Assembly (NCBI GenBank): GCA_038205935.1
Contig: JBBRBK010000016.1
Span: 1 to 34,525 of the forward strand
Reading direction: 5' to 3'
DNA: 34,525 bases
Origin: Campylobacterales bacterium
Lineage (GTDB): Bacteria; Campylobacterota; Campylobacteria; Campylobacterales; Sulfurimonadaceae
Both the position numbers and the translations under genes were made by a program. The notes beneath the pieces are model-generated. The model was not told where the DNA came from. It did no database searches and saw nothing but the letters and a program-made list of their open reading frames with translations. This document shows, piece after piece, positions 1-9,839 of the stretch (position 1 is its first letter; each line of letters begins with the position of its first letter).

Positions 1-43
1 AATACTGCATCTTTCAGGTGTGGAAACGTAGGTCGCCGCCTAG
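1..43 (+). rRNA. rrf: 5S rRNA, 3' part (truncated by window start)
   Basis: AATACTGCATCTTTCAGGTGTGGAAACGTAGGTCGCCGCCTAG resembles the 3' half of bacterial 5S rRNA (helix IV/V, ...GTAGGTCGCCGC); followed by an AT-rich trailer. Exact 3' end approximate. Confidence 0.85.
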
Positions 44-168
44 TTCATCGGATTTTTACAATAATAATAACTACAATCCCTTTACTTACTTACTTTTAAT
101 CCTCATTTTTTAATCAATCAATACTTTTACTTTTAAATGCTTATTAAACTTATTTACTCTATCTATTA

Positions 169-177
169 TGCTAAAAT
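169..177 (+). promoter_or_regulatory. Extended -10 promoter element for the helicase gene
   Basis: TGCTAAAAT, matching the Campylobacterota sigma70 TGnTAnAAT, 26 nt upstream of the TTG start at 204. Confidence 0.5.
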
Positions 178-203
178 GACTTATCTACATGTAAAGAAAA
201 TAG

Positions 204-1469
204 TTGAAAAATTTACTCTTCAATCATCTTAGCAATAATCAGAATATTTTCTTAACTGGCGGGGCGGGTACCGGTAAAACGACCTTGGTAAATGAAATTA
301 TTGATCTGTTTGAGTTAGATTGTAAAAAGGTAGCAAAACTTGCTTCTACAGGAATGGCTGCTACTTTGATCAATGGACAAACTGTACACAGTTTCTTTGA
401 CTTAGGTATATATAACAATATCTCAGAATTGGAGCAATCAGCTAAAATAAAAATCACTAAAAAATTAAAGAATATTCTTTCTTCTATTAGTTTAATAATC
501 ATTGATGAAATATCTATGATTAGCTCCTCTTTATTTGATCTTATTTTATATAGGTTCTCTCAAGCAGAGTATAAAGGTATTATTTTAGTTGTGGGTGATT
601 TTTTACAACTTCCTCCTGTCTTGAAAGGATCTACAACTGTCGATTTTGCTTTTGAATCTGATGGATGGAATCAATGTTCATTTTTGACTATTGAATTAAC
701 GACAAATCATAGAGTAGAAGAGAGTCAATTTATATCTTTACTCAATAACATTAGATTTGGTATTTTAGATAGTGTTAGTATGGAGCTTCTAGATAGTTTT
801 GTTACCCCTTTTTCTGAAGACTTAAAAAATTTCACCCTGCTTTTTGGAAAAAATAATAGTGCATTAGCTCATAATAAAAGACAACTTTCCTATATCGATA
901 GTGATCTATATATAAAAAAAAGTGAGGTAATAGTGCATGATAAGTCTGTGACTGACCCACAAATAGATCGTTTTATGAATGATTCTAGAATTATTGAAAA
1001 ACTAGAACTAAAAGTTGGTGTCCCTATACTTTTTACAAAAAATTCTTGGAACTATTTTAATGGAGAAAGAGGTTTGGTTGTAAATATTGATGAAAGTTAT
1101 GTCTATGTACAAAAAAATGACTCTACAATTATCAAGTTAGAACAAGTTGCGCAGCACAAAGAAATCTGGGTTGAACAAGTGATAGAAGGTAGAATAGAGA
1201 GCGTTGAAAAAAGACTGTTTTCTATTTACCAATATCCGATAGTTTTAGCTTTTGCTATAACAATTCACAAATCTCAAGGTATGAGTATAAAAGATCTAAT
1301 CATTGAAACGAATGAGATATTTGCGCCATCTCAGTTTTATGTTGCACTTTCACGTGCTACATCTGTAAAAAGATTGATCTTAATAAAACCTAAAAAAAGT
1401 TGGAGAGAATTAGTGTTTATAAATAAAAAGGCTGTGGAATTTACACAAGGAGATAAACCAAGAGAGTAA
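204..1469 (+). CDS. PIF1/RecD-like SF1B DNA helicase
   Basis: Walker A GGAGTGKT, motif Ia ASTGMAA, GQTVHSFF, Walker B IIIDEISM, GDFLQLPPV, AFAITIHKSQG and YVALSRA; TTG start. Confidence 0.9.
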   Translation: MKNLLFNHLSNNQNIFLTGGAGTGKTTLVNEIIDLFELDCKKVAKLASTGMAATLINGQTVHSFFDLGIYNNISELEQSAKIKITKKLKNILSSISLIIIDEISMISSSLFDLILYRFSQAEYKGIILVVGDFLQLPPVLKGSTTVDFAFESDGWNQCSFLTIELTTNHRVEESQFISLLNNIRFGILDSVSMELLDSFVTPFSEDLKNFTLLFGKNNSALAHNKRQLSYIDSDLYIKKSEVIVHDKSVTDPQIDRFMNDSRIIEKLELKVGVPILFTKNSWNYFNGERGLVVNIDESYVYVQKNDSTIIKLEQVAQHKEIWVEQVIEGRIESVEKRLFSIYQYPIVLAFAITIHKSQGMSIKDLIIETNEIFAPSQFYVALSRATSVKRLILIKPKKSWRELVFINKKAVEFTQGDKPRE

Positions 1470-1482
1470 ACTCTTAGTTTAT
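1453..1482 (-). terminator. Hairpin between the convergent helicase and ahpC genes (probable terminator)
   Basis: ATAAACCAAGAG-N6-CTCTTAGTTTAT inverted repeat; its single mismatch is a G-U pair on the minus strand. Confidence 0.45.
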
Positions 1483-1495
1483 AATGATTTGAAGA

Positions 1496-2092
1496 CTATA
1501 AGTCGTTTTCATGTTTTGCAAGATATTCAGCAACACCAGAAGTTGAAGCTTTCATACCTTCATCTCCTTTTACCCAACCAGCTGGACAAACTTCACCATG
1601 CTCATTTGTGAAAAGCATAGTATCAACCATACGAATCATTTCATCGATGTTGCGGCCAAGTGGAAGATCGTTGATAACTGCATGACGAACTGTACCATCT
1701 GCGTCGATCAAGAATGATCCGCGAAGTGCAACTGATTCACCAAAAAGTACATCATAATCTCTTGAGATTTGTTTACTTAAATCCGCAACAAGTGGGTATT
1801 TCACTCTGCCAATTCCACCTTTTTCAACTGGAGTTTCTCTCCATGCAAAGTGTGAAAATTGACTATCAACAGAAACACCTATAACATTGATGCCACGACT
1901 AGTAAAGTCGTCAATTCTGTGAGAAAATGCAATGATTTCTGATGGACATACAAATGTAAAGTCTAGTGGATAGAAGAAAAGAACCGCACCCTTAGAGCCT
2001 AAGTTTTTCATCAAATTAAAATCTTCTGATATCGATCCGTCTGCCAATACTGCTGTTGCAGTAAAATCTGGAGCTTTTTTAGTTACTAACAT
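1496..2092 (-). CDS. ahpC: 2-Cys peroxiredoxin / alkyl hydroperoxide reductase C
   Basis: YPLDFTFVCPSE peroxidatic motif, GRNIDE, resolving EVCPAGW. Confidence 0.95.
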   Translation of the reverse strand: MLVTKKAPDFTATAVLADGSISEDFNLMKNLGSKGAVLFFYPLDFTFVCPSEIIAFSHRIDDFTSRGINVIGVSVDSQFSHFAWRETPVEKGGIGRVKYPLVADLSKQISRDYDVLFGESVALRGSFLIDADGTVRHAVINDLPLGRNIDEMIRMVDTMLFTNEHGEVCPAGWVKGDEGMKASTSGVAEYLAKHENDL

Positions 2093-2193
2093 ATATTTTC
2101 CTTTTAATTTTATTTATGGTCAAATTCTATCTAATCTTTATTAAATAGATTATTGGTTTTAAAATAATAGTTTTTTTTTAAATATCCTTTAGA

Positions 2194-2199
2194 TATAAT
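2194..2199 (+). promoter_or_regulatory. -10 box of metK
   Basis: TATAAT about 48 nt upstream of the ATG; SD-like AAGGA at 2237-2241. Confidence 0.55.
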
Positions 2200-2246
2200 T
2201 CCCACGACTTACGAGGCTTGACCTTGTATCTCAATAAAGGAAATCG

Positions 2247-3404
2247 ATGACGAAAGAGTATATTTTTACCTCGGAGTCTGTAACAGAAGGGCACCCTGAT
2301 AAGATGGCAGATCAGATCAGTGACGCAATTCTGGATTATATTATTGAACATGATCCAAAAGCACATGTTGCGTGTGAAATATTGGTATCGAATGGTTTTT
2401 GTGTAATTGCAGGCGAATTAAAAACAACGGCATATGCTCCTATGCAGGAGATAGTACGTAAAGTAGTTCAGGAAATAGGTTATACAGATGCAACGTATGG
2501 CTTTGATTATCGCTCTGCTGCCGTGCTTAATGGAATAGGTGAGCAATCTTCTGATATTAATCAGGGTGTTGATCAAGAAGATGGTGAAATAGGTGCTGGG
2601 GATCAAGGCTTGATGTTTGGATATGCATGTCGTGAAACTGATGTCCTTATGCCTTTGCCTATCCACCTTGCGCACCGTTTAACGGAGCGTTTAGCTCAAG
2701 TGCGCAAAGATGGAACGGTTCCATATTTACGTCCAGATGGTAAAGCACAAATAAGTGTTAAGTATATAGATGATAAACCAGTTTCAGTAGAAACAATAGT
2801 TATCTCTACTCAACATGCACCGGATGTGTCTCAAGAAAAAATTCATGAAGACATGATAAATGAAGTTATTAAAAAAGTTATACCAGCTCACTTGATAAGC
2901 AAAGATATTGTGTATCATATCAATCCTACTGGAAAGTTTGTAATCGGTGGACCGCAAGGTGATGCAGGCTTAACAGGACGTAAAATTATCGTTGATACTT
3001 ATGGTGGAGCATGTCCACATGGCGGCGGTGCATTCAGCGGTAAAGATCCTACGAAAGTAGACAGAAGTGCTGCTTATGCGGCTAGACATGTTGCGAAAAA
3101 CTTGGTTGCTGCTGGTGCTTGTGAGCGCGTGACTATTCAAGTTGCTTATGCTATTGGAGTCGTTAAGCCAGTTTCTATTATGGTAAATACGCATGGGACA
3201 GGAACCGTTTCTGAAGATAAAATTGAGCAATGTATTGCAGATCTTTTTGATCTTTCCCCTAAGGGAATCATAACTTCGTTAGATTTACTTCGTCCAATTT
3301 ATCGTAAGACGGCAGCATATGGACACTTCGGTAGAGAAGATGTTGATTTTCCATGGGAAAAAACTGACAGAGTAGAAGATATTAAGAAATATCTTTCAAT
3401 ATAG
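2247..3404 (+). CDS. metK: S-adenosylmethionine synthetase
   Basis: [35 protein letters not shown] signatures. Confidence 0.98.
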   Translation: MTKEYIFTSESVTEGHPDKMADQISDAILDYIIEHDPKAHVACEILVSNGFCVIAGELKTTAYAPMQEIVRKVVQEIGYTDATYGFDYRSAAVLNGIGEQSSDINQGVDQEDGEIGAGDQGLMFGYACRETDVLMPLPIHLAHRLTERLAQVRKDGTVPYLRPDGKAQISVKYIDDKPVSVETIVISTQHAPDVSQEKIHEDMINEVIKKVIPAHLISKDIVYHINPTGKFVIGGPQGDAGLTGRKIIVDTYGGACPHGGGAFSGKDPTKVDRSAAYAARHVAKNLVAAGACERVTIQVAYAIGVVKPVSIMVNTHGTGTVSEDKIEQCIADLFDLSPKGIITSLDLLRPIYRKTAAYGHFGREDVDFPWEKTDRVEDIKKYLSI

Positions 3405-3405
3405 T

Positions 3406-3447
3406 AGGTTTACATGTAAGCAATTAAAGGCTTACACGTAAATCTTT
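3406..3447 (+). terminator. Hairpin after metK (probable terminator), built from two TACATGTA-type palindromes
   Basis: TTTACATGTAAGC-N8-GCTTACACGTAAA directly after the stop codon, followed by a short T run. Confidence 0.5.
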
Positions 3448-3582
3448 GTAATGTATAATTGAACTATTTTCACATCAAATGAAAGTGTAACTTATTGTTA
3501 TGTTTTTTATAATAATCTTATCATTTTATCTTGATTTAAAATAGTTTTGTCTATAGTTACTTAATTAAAAATAGGAGAAAAC

Positions 3583-3942
3583 ATGGCAGTAATAATCAAT
3601 GACACTTGTATAAATTGTGGTGCGTGTATAGACGAATGTCCAGTAGAAGCGATTGTAGATGAGGATGATAACCCAACGGGTGAAGAACTTTATTATGTTT
3701 ATCCAGATAAATGTGTAGAATGTGTTGGTCATCATGATGAGCCTGCATGTGCTACTGCATGTCCAACTGAAGGTTGTATCACTTGGGATATGCCATTTGA
3801 TTCAGCTCACAAAGATTTCTATTCTGCTGGTAACTACGTAGATGGTAAAAACTACGTAATGGAAGATGCAGATGCTGAAATGCCTTTCCGTGAAGATGTT
3901 AGTGCTGATGCTCGTAAAAACCGCGAGAACATTGTAGACTAA
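3583..3942 (+). CDS. 2[4Fe-4S] ferredoxin with an acidic C-terminal extension
   Basis: CINCGACIDECP and CVECVGH...CATACP motifs; AGGAG RBS; lies upstream of ndk as fdxA-type ferredoxins do in this phylum. Confidence 0.93.
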   Translation: MAVIINDTCINCGACIDECPVEAIVDEDDNPTGEELYYVYPDKCVECVGHHDEPACATACPTEGCITWDMPFDSAHKDFYSAGNYVDGKNYVMEDADAEMPFREDVSADARKNRENIVD

Positions 3943-3953
3943 TTTTAAATACC

Positions 3954-3992
3954 TTGCAGTGTGCCTTTTGGCACTTGCAATGCTTCTTTTTT
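3954..3992 (+). terminator. Intrinsic terminator after the ferredoxin gene
   Basis: TTGCAGTGTGCC-TTTT-GGCACTTGCAA stem followed by a T-rich tract. Confidence 0.7.
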
Positions 3993-4053
3993 ACTAAAAA
4001 ACTTCTTAGATAAACTCAAAATTTAAAATTTAATCAAAAATATACTTTTATTT

Positions 4054-4062
4054 TGGTACAAT
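4054..4062 (+). promoter_or_regulatory. Extended -10 of the ndk operon
   Basis: TGGTACAAT upstream of the AGGAG RBS and ATG at 4097. Confidence 0.55.
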
Positions 4063-4096
4063 CCCACTCTATTTTTTATATATACTAGGAGTACTG

Positions 4097-4510
4097 ATGG
4101 AACGTACATTATCTATCATCAAACCTGATGCAGTAGCAAAAGGTGTTATCGGTAAAATTTTAGATCGTTTTGAAAGCAATGGCCTCAAAATAGCTGCAAC
4201 TAGAAAATTTCAACTTTCTCGTCAAGATGCTGAAACTTTTTATGCTGTTCACTCAGAGCGCCCATTCTTCAATGATCTTGTAGATTTTATGATAAGTGGA
4301 CCAGTTGTTGTGTCTGTACTAGAAGGTGAAGACGCGATGCAAAAAAATCGTGATCTTATGGGAGCTACAAATCCTAAAGAAGCTGAGGCAGGAACTATTC
4401 GTGCTGATTTCGCAGAGAATATTGATGCAAACGCAGTTCACGGAAGCGATTCTGTGGAAAATGCAGCAGTAGAAATAGCATTTTTCTTCGCAGAAAAAGA
4501 GATTTCTTAA
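4097..4510 (+). CDS. ndk: Nucleoside diphosphate kinase
   Basis: [13 protein letters not shown]-terminus, [15 protein letters not shown] catalytic His motif. Confidence 0.98.
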   Translation: MERTLSIIKPDAVAKGVIGKILDRFESNGLKIAATRKFQLSRQDAETFYAVHSERPFFNDLVDFMISGPVVVSVLEGEDAMQKNRDLMGATNPKEAEAGTIRADFAENIDANAVHGSDSVENAAVEIAFFFAEKEIS

Positions 4511-4518
4511 TTTAGCTA

Positions 4519-4881
4519 ATGATAGTTAATTTTAGAAAAGTTACACCAACACCATTGGATTTCAGTATTGAGTCCAATAATATTGTTTTTAAAGGTAGTT
4601 TGAAGTACGATGGTGAAAATCTTGTACTTTTGGAAGCTACCATTAGCGGGTCAATTGATTTAGATTGTTACCTTTGTGCAGAGACTTTTATACTGCCGCT
4701 TGATGAAGATGTAAGTTTTCTGATAAGCAATGGTGTTTATAGTAGCGTTAACGAAGAGTATGATGTAGTCGAATCATTTGAGGGAAATATCGATTTAGAA
4801 GAGTTGTTAAACTCTGAAATTGAATTGATAAAAAGTGGCTATTATAGCTGTGAAAATTGTAAACAAGAAGAAAGGAATTAA
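4519..4881 (+). CDS. YceD/DUF177-like metal-binding protein
   Basis: CYLC and terminal CENC motifs; conserved position immediately upstream of rpmF. Confidence 0.75.
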   Translation: MIVNFRKVTPTPLDFSIESNNIVFKGSLKYDGENLVLLEATISGSIDLDCYLCAETFILPLDEDVSFLISNGVYSSVNEEYDVVESFEGNIDLEELLNSEIELIKSGYYSCENCKQEERN

Positions 4882-4883
4882 AA

Positions 4884-5033
4884 ATGGCAGTACCTAAGAG
4901 ACGCGTATCACATTCACGTTCTGCGAAACGTAGAACACACTATAAAATTAGTTTGAAACGTCCTGTAAAAGATGTTGATGGAACTTACAGATTACCACAC
5001 CACGTTAACCCAACTACTGGTGAGTATAAATAA
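4884..5033 (+). CDS. rpmF: 50S ribosomal protein L32 (Cys-free form); absent from the ORF track
   Basis: Manual translation [49 protein letters not shown] (49 aa); AAGGA RBS; lies between yceD and plsX. Confidence 0.97.
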   Translation: MAVPKRRVSHSRSAKRRTHYKISLKRPVKDVDGTYRLPHHVNPTTGEYK

Positions 5034-5036
5034 TCA

Positions 5037-6035
5037 ATGGTTAAAATTGCTATTGATGCAATGGGAGGGGACTTCGGTCCCGAACCAATTATTGCTGGAG
5101 TTATACTTGCTTTAAAGATGAAGAAATTTCATCCTATTTTAGTTGGTAAAAAAGATGAAATTTTATCTTTATTACCTAAGGGATATAAAGATAAGGTTTC
5201 AATCGTGGAAGCGGATGATGTGATAAGCATGCATGATGCTGCTACAGACGCTCTAAAACGAAAAGAGAGTAGTATTTACAAAGCTGTTGAGCTTGTGAAA
5301 AATGGCGAAGCGCAAGGGGTTGTGTCTGCTGGACATAGTGGGGCAACTATGACAGTTGCTACAATGCGTCTTGGAAGACTGAAGCATGTTTTAAGACCTG
5401 CTCTTGTAACTTTGATGCCAACAAAAGTTGGACGTCGTTCTGTGCTTCTTGATGTTGGTGCAAACGTTGATTCTAAAGCTGAACATCTAGTTCAATTCGC
5501 TGTAATGGGTGGATGTTATGCCGAAGATATGCTTAAAATTTCTGAACCAAGTATTGGTCTTTTAGCCAATGGCGAAGAAGATTCTAAAGGCAATGAACTT
5601 ACAAAAGAAGCTTTTAAGCTCCTAAAGGGCTATAAAGGTTTTAAGGGAAACGTAGAAGGAAGCGATATTTTTAATGGAAGTTGCCATGTTATCACATGCG
5701 ACGGCTTTGTTGGAAATTTGGTTCTTAAAACATCAGAAGGTGTCGCTTCCACTATTAGTCTTCTTATAAAAGATTATATACGTAAATCTCCTGTTGCCAT
5801 AACTGGGGCACTTTTGATGAGAAAAGTTTTTAAACTTCTCAAAAAAGAGATTGATTATGCTGAAATAGGTGGAGCTCCACTTATTGGCTTGAATGGTTGT
5901 GCAATTGTAAGTCATGGTAAGAGTAATCCAAAAGCTATACAAAATGCTATTTTTCAAGCTTTAAGATATATTGACACAGGTGTAAATCAACATATTGAAG
6001 ACCGCCTAGAAGCGATGAAAGTAAAGGAACAATAA
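5037..6035 (+). CDS. plsX: Phosphate acyltransferase PlsX
   Basis: [37 protein letters not shown] motifs; rpmF-plsX-fabH order. Confidence 0.97.
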   Translation: MVKIAIDAMGGDFGPEPIIAGVILALKMKKFHPILVGKKDEILSLLPKGYKDKVSIVEADDVISMHDAATDALKRKESSIYKAVELVKNGEAQGVVSAGHSGATMTVATMRLGRLKHVLRPALVTLMPTKVGRRSVLLDVGANVDSKAEHLVQFAVMGGCYAEDMLKISEPSIGLLANGEEDSKGNELTKEAFKLLKGYKGFKGNVEGSDIFNGSCHVITCDGFVGNLVLKTSEGVASTISLLIKDYIRKSPVAITGALLMRKVFKLLKKEIDYAEIGGAPLIGLNGCAIVSHGKSNPKAIQNAIFQALRYIDTGVNQHIEDRLEAMKVKEQ

Positions 6036-7030
6036 TGTATGCAGCATTCCGCTCAATAGGTGCTTATGTACCAGAGAAAATTTTGACAAATGAAGATTTG
6101 GCAAAGATGGTGGATACGACCGATGAGTGGATTACAAAACGTACTGGTATAAAAGAGCGTCATATTGCAGCTGAAAATGAAACAACCAGTGATATGGGTG
6201 TCAAAGCTGCTGCTCTTGCAATTGAGCGTTCAGGTATCGATAAAAGTGAGATCGATTTAGTTGTTTGTGCAACGATTTCTCCTGATTATTTATGTATGCC
6301 CTCTACTGCTACAATTATTACAGATAAATTAGGGATTGGTAATGTAATGTCTTTTGACATTTCTGCGGCATGTACCGGATTTATCTATGCACTAAATGTT
6401 GCAAAAGCTTTTGTAGAGTCAGGTATCAAAAAAAATGTATTGATTATTGGTGCTGAGAGATTAAGTAAGATCACTGATTATACTGACAGAGCGACATGTA
6501 TTCTCTTTGGTGATGGAGCAGGCGCTGCTATAATAAGTGCAACTACAGATAAAAACGAAGCTATAGTTGATATACATACAGGAAGTGATGGCTCTTATGC
6601 TGAGCTTTTGATGACGCCAAACGGTGGATCAGGTTCTGCGCATGACAGTTTGACTGCAGAAGCAACTGGTGCCTTTATGCAGATGAAAGGGAATGAGACT
6701 TTCAAAGTAGCTGTTAGAACGCTTACGAATGATGTGAAAGAGATCCTTGCGACAAACAATGTATCAGCTGAGAGTATAAAGCATTTCGTACCACATCAAG
6801 CAAATTACCGTATTATCAAAGCTGTAGGTGATGCTTTAGATATGAAAGATGAACAAGTTGTTTTGACTGTTGCAAAATTTGGTAATACTTCTGGAGCTTC
6901 AATCCCGATGGCTATCAATGATATCTACGAAAGTGGGCGACTTCAAGCAGGAGAGATGATGCTTCTTGATGCTTTTGGTGGCGGACTTACTTGGGGAAGT
7001 GCTTTAGTACCTTTTTCTCCAAAAAAATAA
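6035..7030 (+). CDS. fabH: Beta-ketoacyl-ACP synthase III
   Basis: AACTGF catalytic Cys, [25 protein letters not shown]. Confidence 0.97.
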   Translation: MYAAFRSIGAYVPEKILTNEDLAKMVDTTDEWITKRTGIKERHIAAENETTSDMGVKAAALAIERSGIDKSEIDLVVCATISPDYLCMPSTATIITDKLGIGNVMSFDISAACTGFIYALNVAKAFVESGIKKNVLIIGAERLSKITDYTDRATCILFGDGAGAAIISATTDKNEAIVDIHTGSDGSYAELLMTPNGGSGSAHDSLTAEATGAFMQMKGNETFKVAVRTLTNDVKEILATNNVSAESIKHFVPHQANYRIIKAVGDALDMKDEQVVLTVAKFGNTSGASIPMAINDIYESGRLQAGEMMLLDAFGGGLTWGSALVPFSPKK

Positions 7031-7050
7031 CTTACATGTAAGGGCATCTT

Positions 7051-7758
7051 ATGTTCAATAAATCCTTTATAACAAATCTTTTATCTGCTATTTTGGTGGG
7101 GGTCTCTTTTATACTTCCTGAGGAATTCTCAAAATATTTTTTATATGCTGGCCTTTTTGCGCTCTCAGGCGCTGTTACAAATCAGCTAGCTGTGTACATG
7201 CTTTTTGAAAAAGTACCATTTTTGTATGGTTCAGGTGTTATAACTGCAAGATTTGAAGAGTTTAAAGCAAGTATAAAAAATCTGATGATGAGTGAATTTT
7301 TTACAAAAGATCAGCTAGAGAGTTTCTTTGCCAAAGAAGAAAAGAGACTCGATCTTGTTCCTATTATCGAAGATACAGATTTTTCTCCCGCTTATGATGT
7401 GCTTACAAAAACGGTGCTTGAGTCTTCGTTTGGCGGAATGCTTGGCATGTTTGGTGGAGCAAAGGTACTAGAAGGTTTAAGAGAACCATTTAGCAAAAAA
7501 ATGAAAATAGCTATCTGTGATATTGTGCAATCTGAAAGTTTTAACAATACGATGAAAATACATCTTCACAGTTCGACGCTGAGTCAAGATATGCTTGATT
7601 CTATAGAAAAAGTGATTGATACAAGATTAGTAGAAATTACACCGGTGATGGTTAAAGAAATGGTTGAGCGAATCATAAAAGAGCATCTTGGCTGGCTTGT
7701 AGTTTGGGGAGGAGTGTTTGGAGGACTTATTGGTGTTATAAGTTCTGTGTTACTATAA
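7051..7758 (+). CDS. DUF445-like membrane protein
   Basis: N-terminal TM segments with GAVTNQLAVYMLF and C-terminal HLGWLVVWGGVFGGLIG. Confidence 0.7.
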   Translation: MFNKSFITNLLSAILVGVSFILPEEFSKYFLYAGLFALSGAVTNQLAVYMLFEKVPFLYGSGVITARFEEFKASIKNLMMSEFFTKDQLESFFAKEEKRLDLVPIIEDTDFSPAYDVLTKTVLESSFGGMLGMFGGAKVLEGLREPFSKKMKIAICDIVQSESFNNTMKIHLHSSTLSQDMLDSIEKVIDTRLVEITPVMVKEMVERIIKEHLGWLVVWGGVFGGLIGVISSVLL

Positions 7759-7761
7759 AAG

Positions 7762-7965
7762 TTAGATAACTTTTATAGTAACTTCTGCGATCTCAATAGT
7801 TTCACCTTTGATGATTTTTGCTCTTTTTCTAAGTTCTACTTCACCATTTCTTCTGACATGGCCATCTGCAACAATTTGTTTTGCATCTGCGCCACTATCA
7901 ACAAGCCCTAAAACTTTTATGAGTTTATAAAGCTCTATATAATCATCATTTAATTTAAATTCCAT
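7762..7965 (-). CDS. S4-domain RNA-binding protein (YaaA/YbcJ-like)
   Basis: YIELYKLIKVLGLVDSGADAK...VRRNGEVELRKRAKI pattern, 67 aa. Confidence 0.85.
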   Translation of the reverse strand: MEFKLNDDYIELYKLIKVLGLVDSGADAKQIVADGHVRRNGEVELRKRAKIIKGETIEIAEVTIKVI

Positions 7966-9269
7966 TATTTTCCAGACCTTTTAGTTGTTTTTCTTTTTTT
8001 TCCTACGCGAGCATTTTTCTTTTGAGGCGCCCTTGGCGTGCCACTTTTTTCTCCAGCAGTTCTAGTTACGCTTGGCTTTGGATACACTTTTTTAGGACGA
8101 TTTGATTTGATATCATCATAAGTAGCTTTTTTGGTGATATCCACCTCAAAACCCTCAATTTCAGATCTTGGAATCTTTACATGTATGAGTCTCTCAATCA
8201 CTTTCATCTGTTCTCTGTCATTGATATCAAGTAGCGTTATAGCCTCTCCATCATGTCCAGCACGACCTGTTCTCCCAACTCTGTGAACATAATCCTCAGC
8301 AACAGTTGGAAGCTCATAGTTGATAACTTGTGGAAGCTGTTCGATATCTATTCCGCGAGAAGCGATATCTGTAGCGACAAGAACATGTAACTCTTTTTTC
8401 TTGAATTTTGTCAGAGTTTTATTTCTTTGTGCGAGTGTTTTATCTCCGTGAATCACTTCGGCTTTGAGTCCATCGAGTTTGAGTTCTTCGACTAAAGCAT
8501 CAGCACTTTTTTTCGTTTTTGTAAACACCAAAACCTGTTGATAGTTTTTTGAACCGATGAGATAAGATAAAAGTGCGGCTTTTCTATCAGCATCTACAAG
8601 ATAAATGTGTTGATTGATGGCGTCGATAGTTTTATTTTGTCTGGCTGTTTCCACAAACTCAGGCTTTCTTAAAACTAAACGGGAGAGTTTTCTCACCTTA
8701 TCTGTATAAGTTGCTGAAAATAGAAGTGTCTGATGACGTTTTTGAAGTTCTGCATGAATGAGTCTGATATCTGTGACAAAGCCCATATCTAGCATTCTAT
8801 CCGCTTCATCGATAACAAAAATTTCAAGATGTTTGAGATCTATACTTTGATTGATGATGTGTTCTCTGAGTCTTCCTGGAGTTGCGATTAAGATATCGAT
8901 ACCGTTTTCGAGTAATCTTTCTTGCGCTTCTAAACTTTTTCCACCCACAAGGAGAGCAACAGAACTATTCATATATTTTAAATATTTTCTCGTCTCTTCT
9001 TCTATTTGCATTGCAAGTTCACGCGTTGGCGTCATGACTACGACGCGTACAGCTTTTGGTGCGAGTGGTTTGTTGTCTCTGAGTCTTTGGATGATAGGCA
9101 GCATAAAAGCAGCCGTCTTTCCAGTTCCTGTCTGAGCCGTTGCAAAGACATCTTTTTTAGCAAGTACCAATCCTATGGTTCTATCCTGAATTGGGGTTGG
9201 CTCTGTATAGCCAAGCTCGCTGATAGCATCACGGATAGGCTTTATGAGACCAATTTTTTCAAATGACAT
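7965..9269 (-). CDS. DEAD-box RNA helicase (RhlE-like)
   Basis: Q motif PTPIQ, AQTGTGKT, PTRELA, TPGRL, DEADRMLDMGF, SAT, HRVGRTGRAG; basic C-terminal tail. Confidence 0.95.
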   Translation of the reverse strand: MSFEKIGLIKPIRDAISELGYTEPTPIQDRTIGLVLAKKDVFATAQTGTGKTAAFMLPIIQRLRDNKPLAPKAVRVVVMTPTRELAMQIEEETRKYLKYMNSSVALLVGGKSLEAQERLLENGIDILIATPGRLREHIINQSIDLKHLEIFVIDEADRMLDMGFVTDIRLIHAELQKRHQTLLFSATYTDKVRKLSRLVLRKPEFVETARQNKTIDAINQHIYLVDADRKAALLSYLIGSKNYQQVLVFTKTKKSADALVEELKLDGLKAEVIHGDKTLAQRNKTLTKFKKKELHVLVATDIASRGIDIEQLPQVINYELPTVAEDYVHRVGRTGRAGHDGEAITLLDINDREQMKVIERLIHVKIPRSEIEGFEVDITKKATYDDIKSNRPKKVYPKPSVTRTAGEKSGTPRAPQKKNARVGKKRKTTKRSGK

Positions 9270-9292
9270 TAGTTAATCCTTTTAGTGGCATA

Positions 9293-9317
9293 ATTTTAGC
9301 ATTTTAATTGCTATAAT
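9293..9317. promoter_or_regulatory. Back-to-back extended -10 boxes (helicase on -, DUF2062 operon on +)
   Basis: TGCTAAAAT on minus (9293-9301) and TGCTATAAT on plus (9309-9317) within a 78-bp divergent gap. Confidence 0.6.
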
Positions 9318-9347
9318 AGTAGTGATATTTAGGACTAGGCGTATTTT

Positions 9348-9839
9348 ATGGTGAGAAAGTTTTTTAAAAAAAAGAGTACTGGCGGTAAGCTCGACCAGTT
9401 CATTGATAAATACAATATTCCAAGAGCCTATCTTTCAACAAATAGAAAAAATATAACAAAAGGGCTTTTTATTGGGCTTTTTATAGCCTTTATTCCTATG
9501 CCGATGCAAATGCTTGCAGTTCTTGCAATGATGCCTTTTGCAAAGTTTAATGTACCTATCGCATTTTCTATGGTTTGGCTGAGCAATCCTATTACAATGC
9601 CTGCGATGTATTATATAGAATATCTCACAGGAAGTTTTTTTTTACAAACACAGATTGAACCGGTTGTGATGAGTGTGGAATGGTTTAGCGCCAATTTGAA
9701 AAATATATTTATTCCCTTGTATGTCGGCACCCTGTTTTATTCTTTGACAGTGCCTGCAATTGTGTATTACGCAGTAAACTATTTATGGAAGTTTTCTGTG
9801 CATAAAGAAAGATATTCAATGAAAGATGAGAATGATTAG
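9348..9839 (+). CDS. DUF2062-family membrane protein (copy 1)
   Basis: GLFIGLFIAFIPMPMQ, NVPIA...WLSNPITMP, PLYVG pattern. Confidence 0.8.
   Translation: MVRKFFKKKSTGGKLDQFIDKYNIPRAYLSTNRKNITKGLFIGLFIAFIPMPMQMLAVLAMMPFAKFNVPIAFSMVWLSNPITMPAMYYIEYLTGSFFLQTQIEPVVMSVEWFSANLKNIFIPLYVGTLFYSLTVPAIVYYAVNYLWKFSVHKERYSMKDEND

Noticed and set aside
72..84. TACAATCC(C)TTTA found after both the 5S rRNA and the tRNA fragment (33619-33630, minus) as a shared stable-RNA processing signal
   Set aside because: Short and AT-rich, and TACAATCCC also occurs as the ndk -10 box, so a promoter-like or chance match is simpler.
2100..2180. Possible PerR/Fur box upstream of ahpC
   Set aside because: Biologically plausible, but the region is so AT-rich that no specific box could be distinguished.
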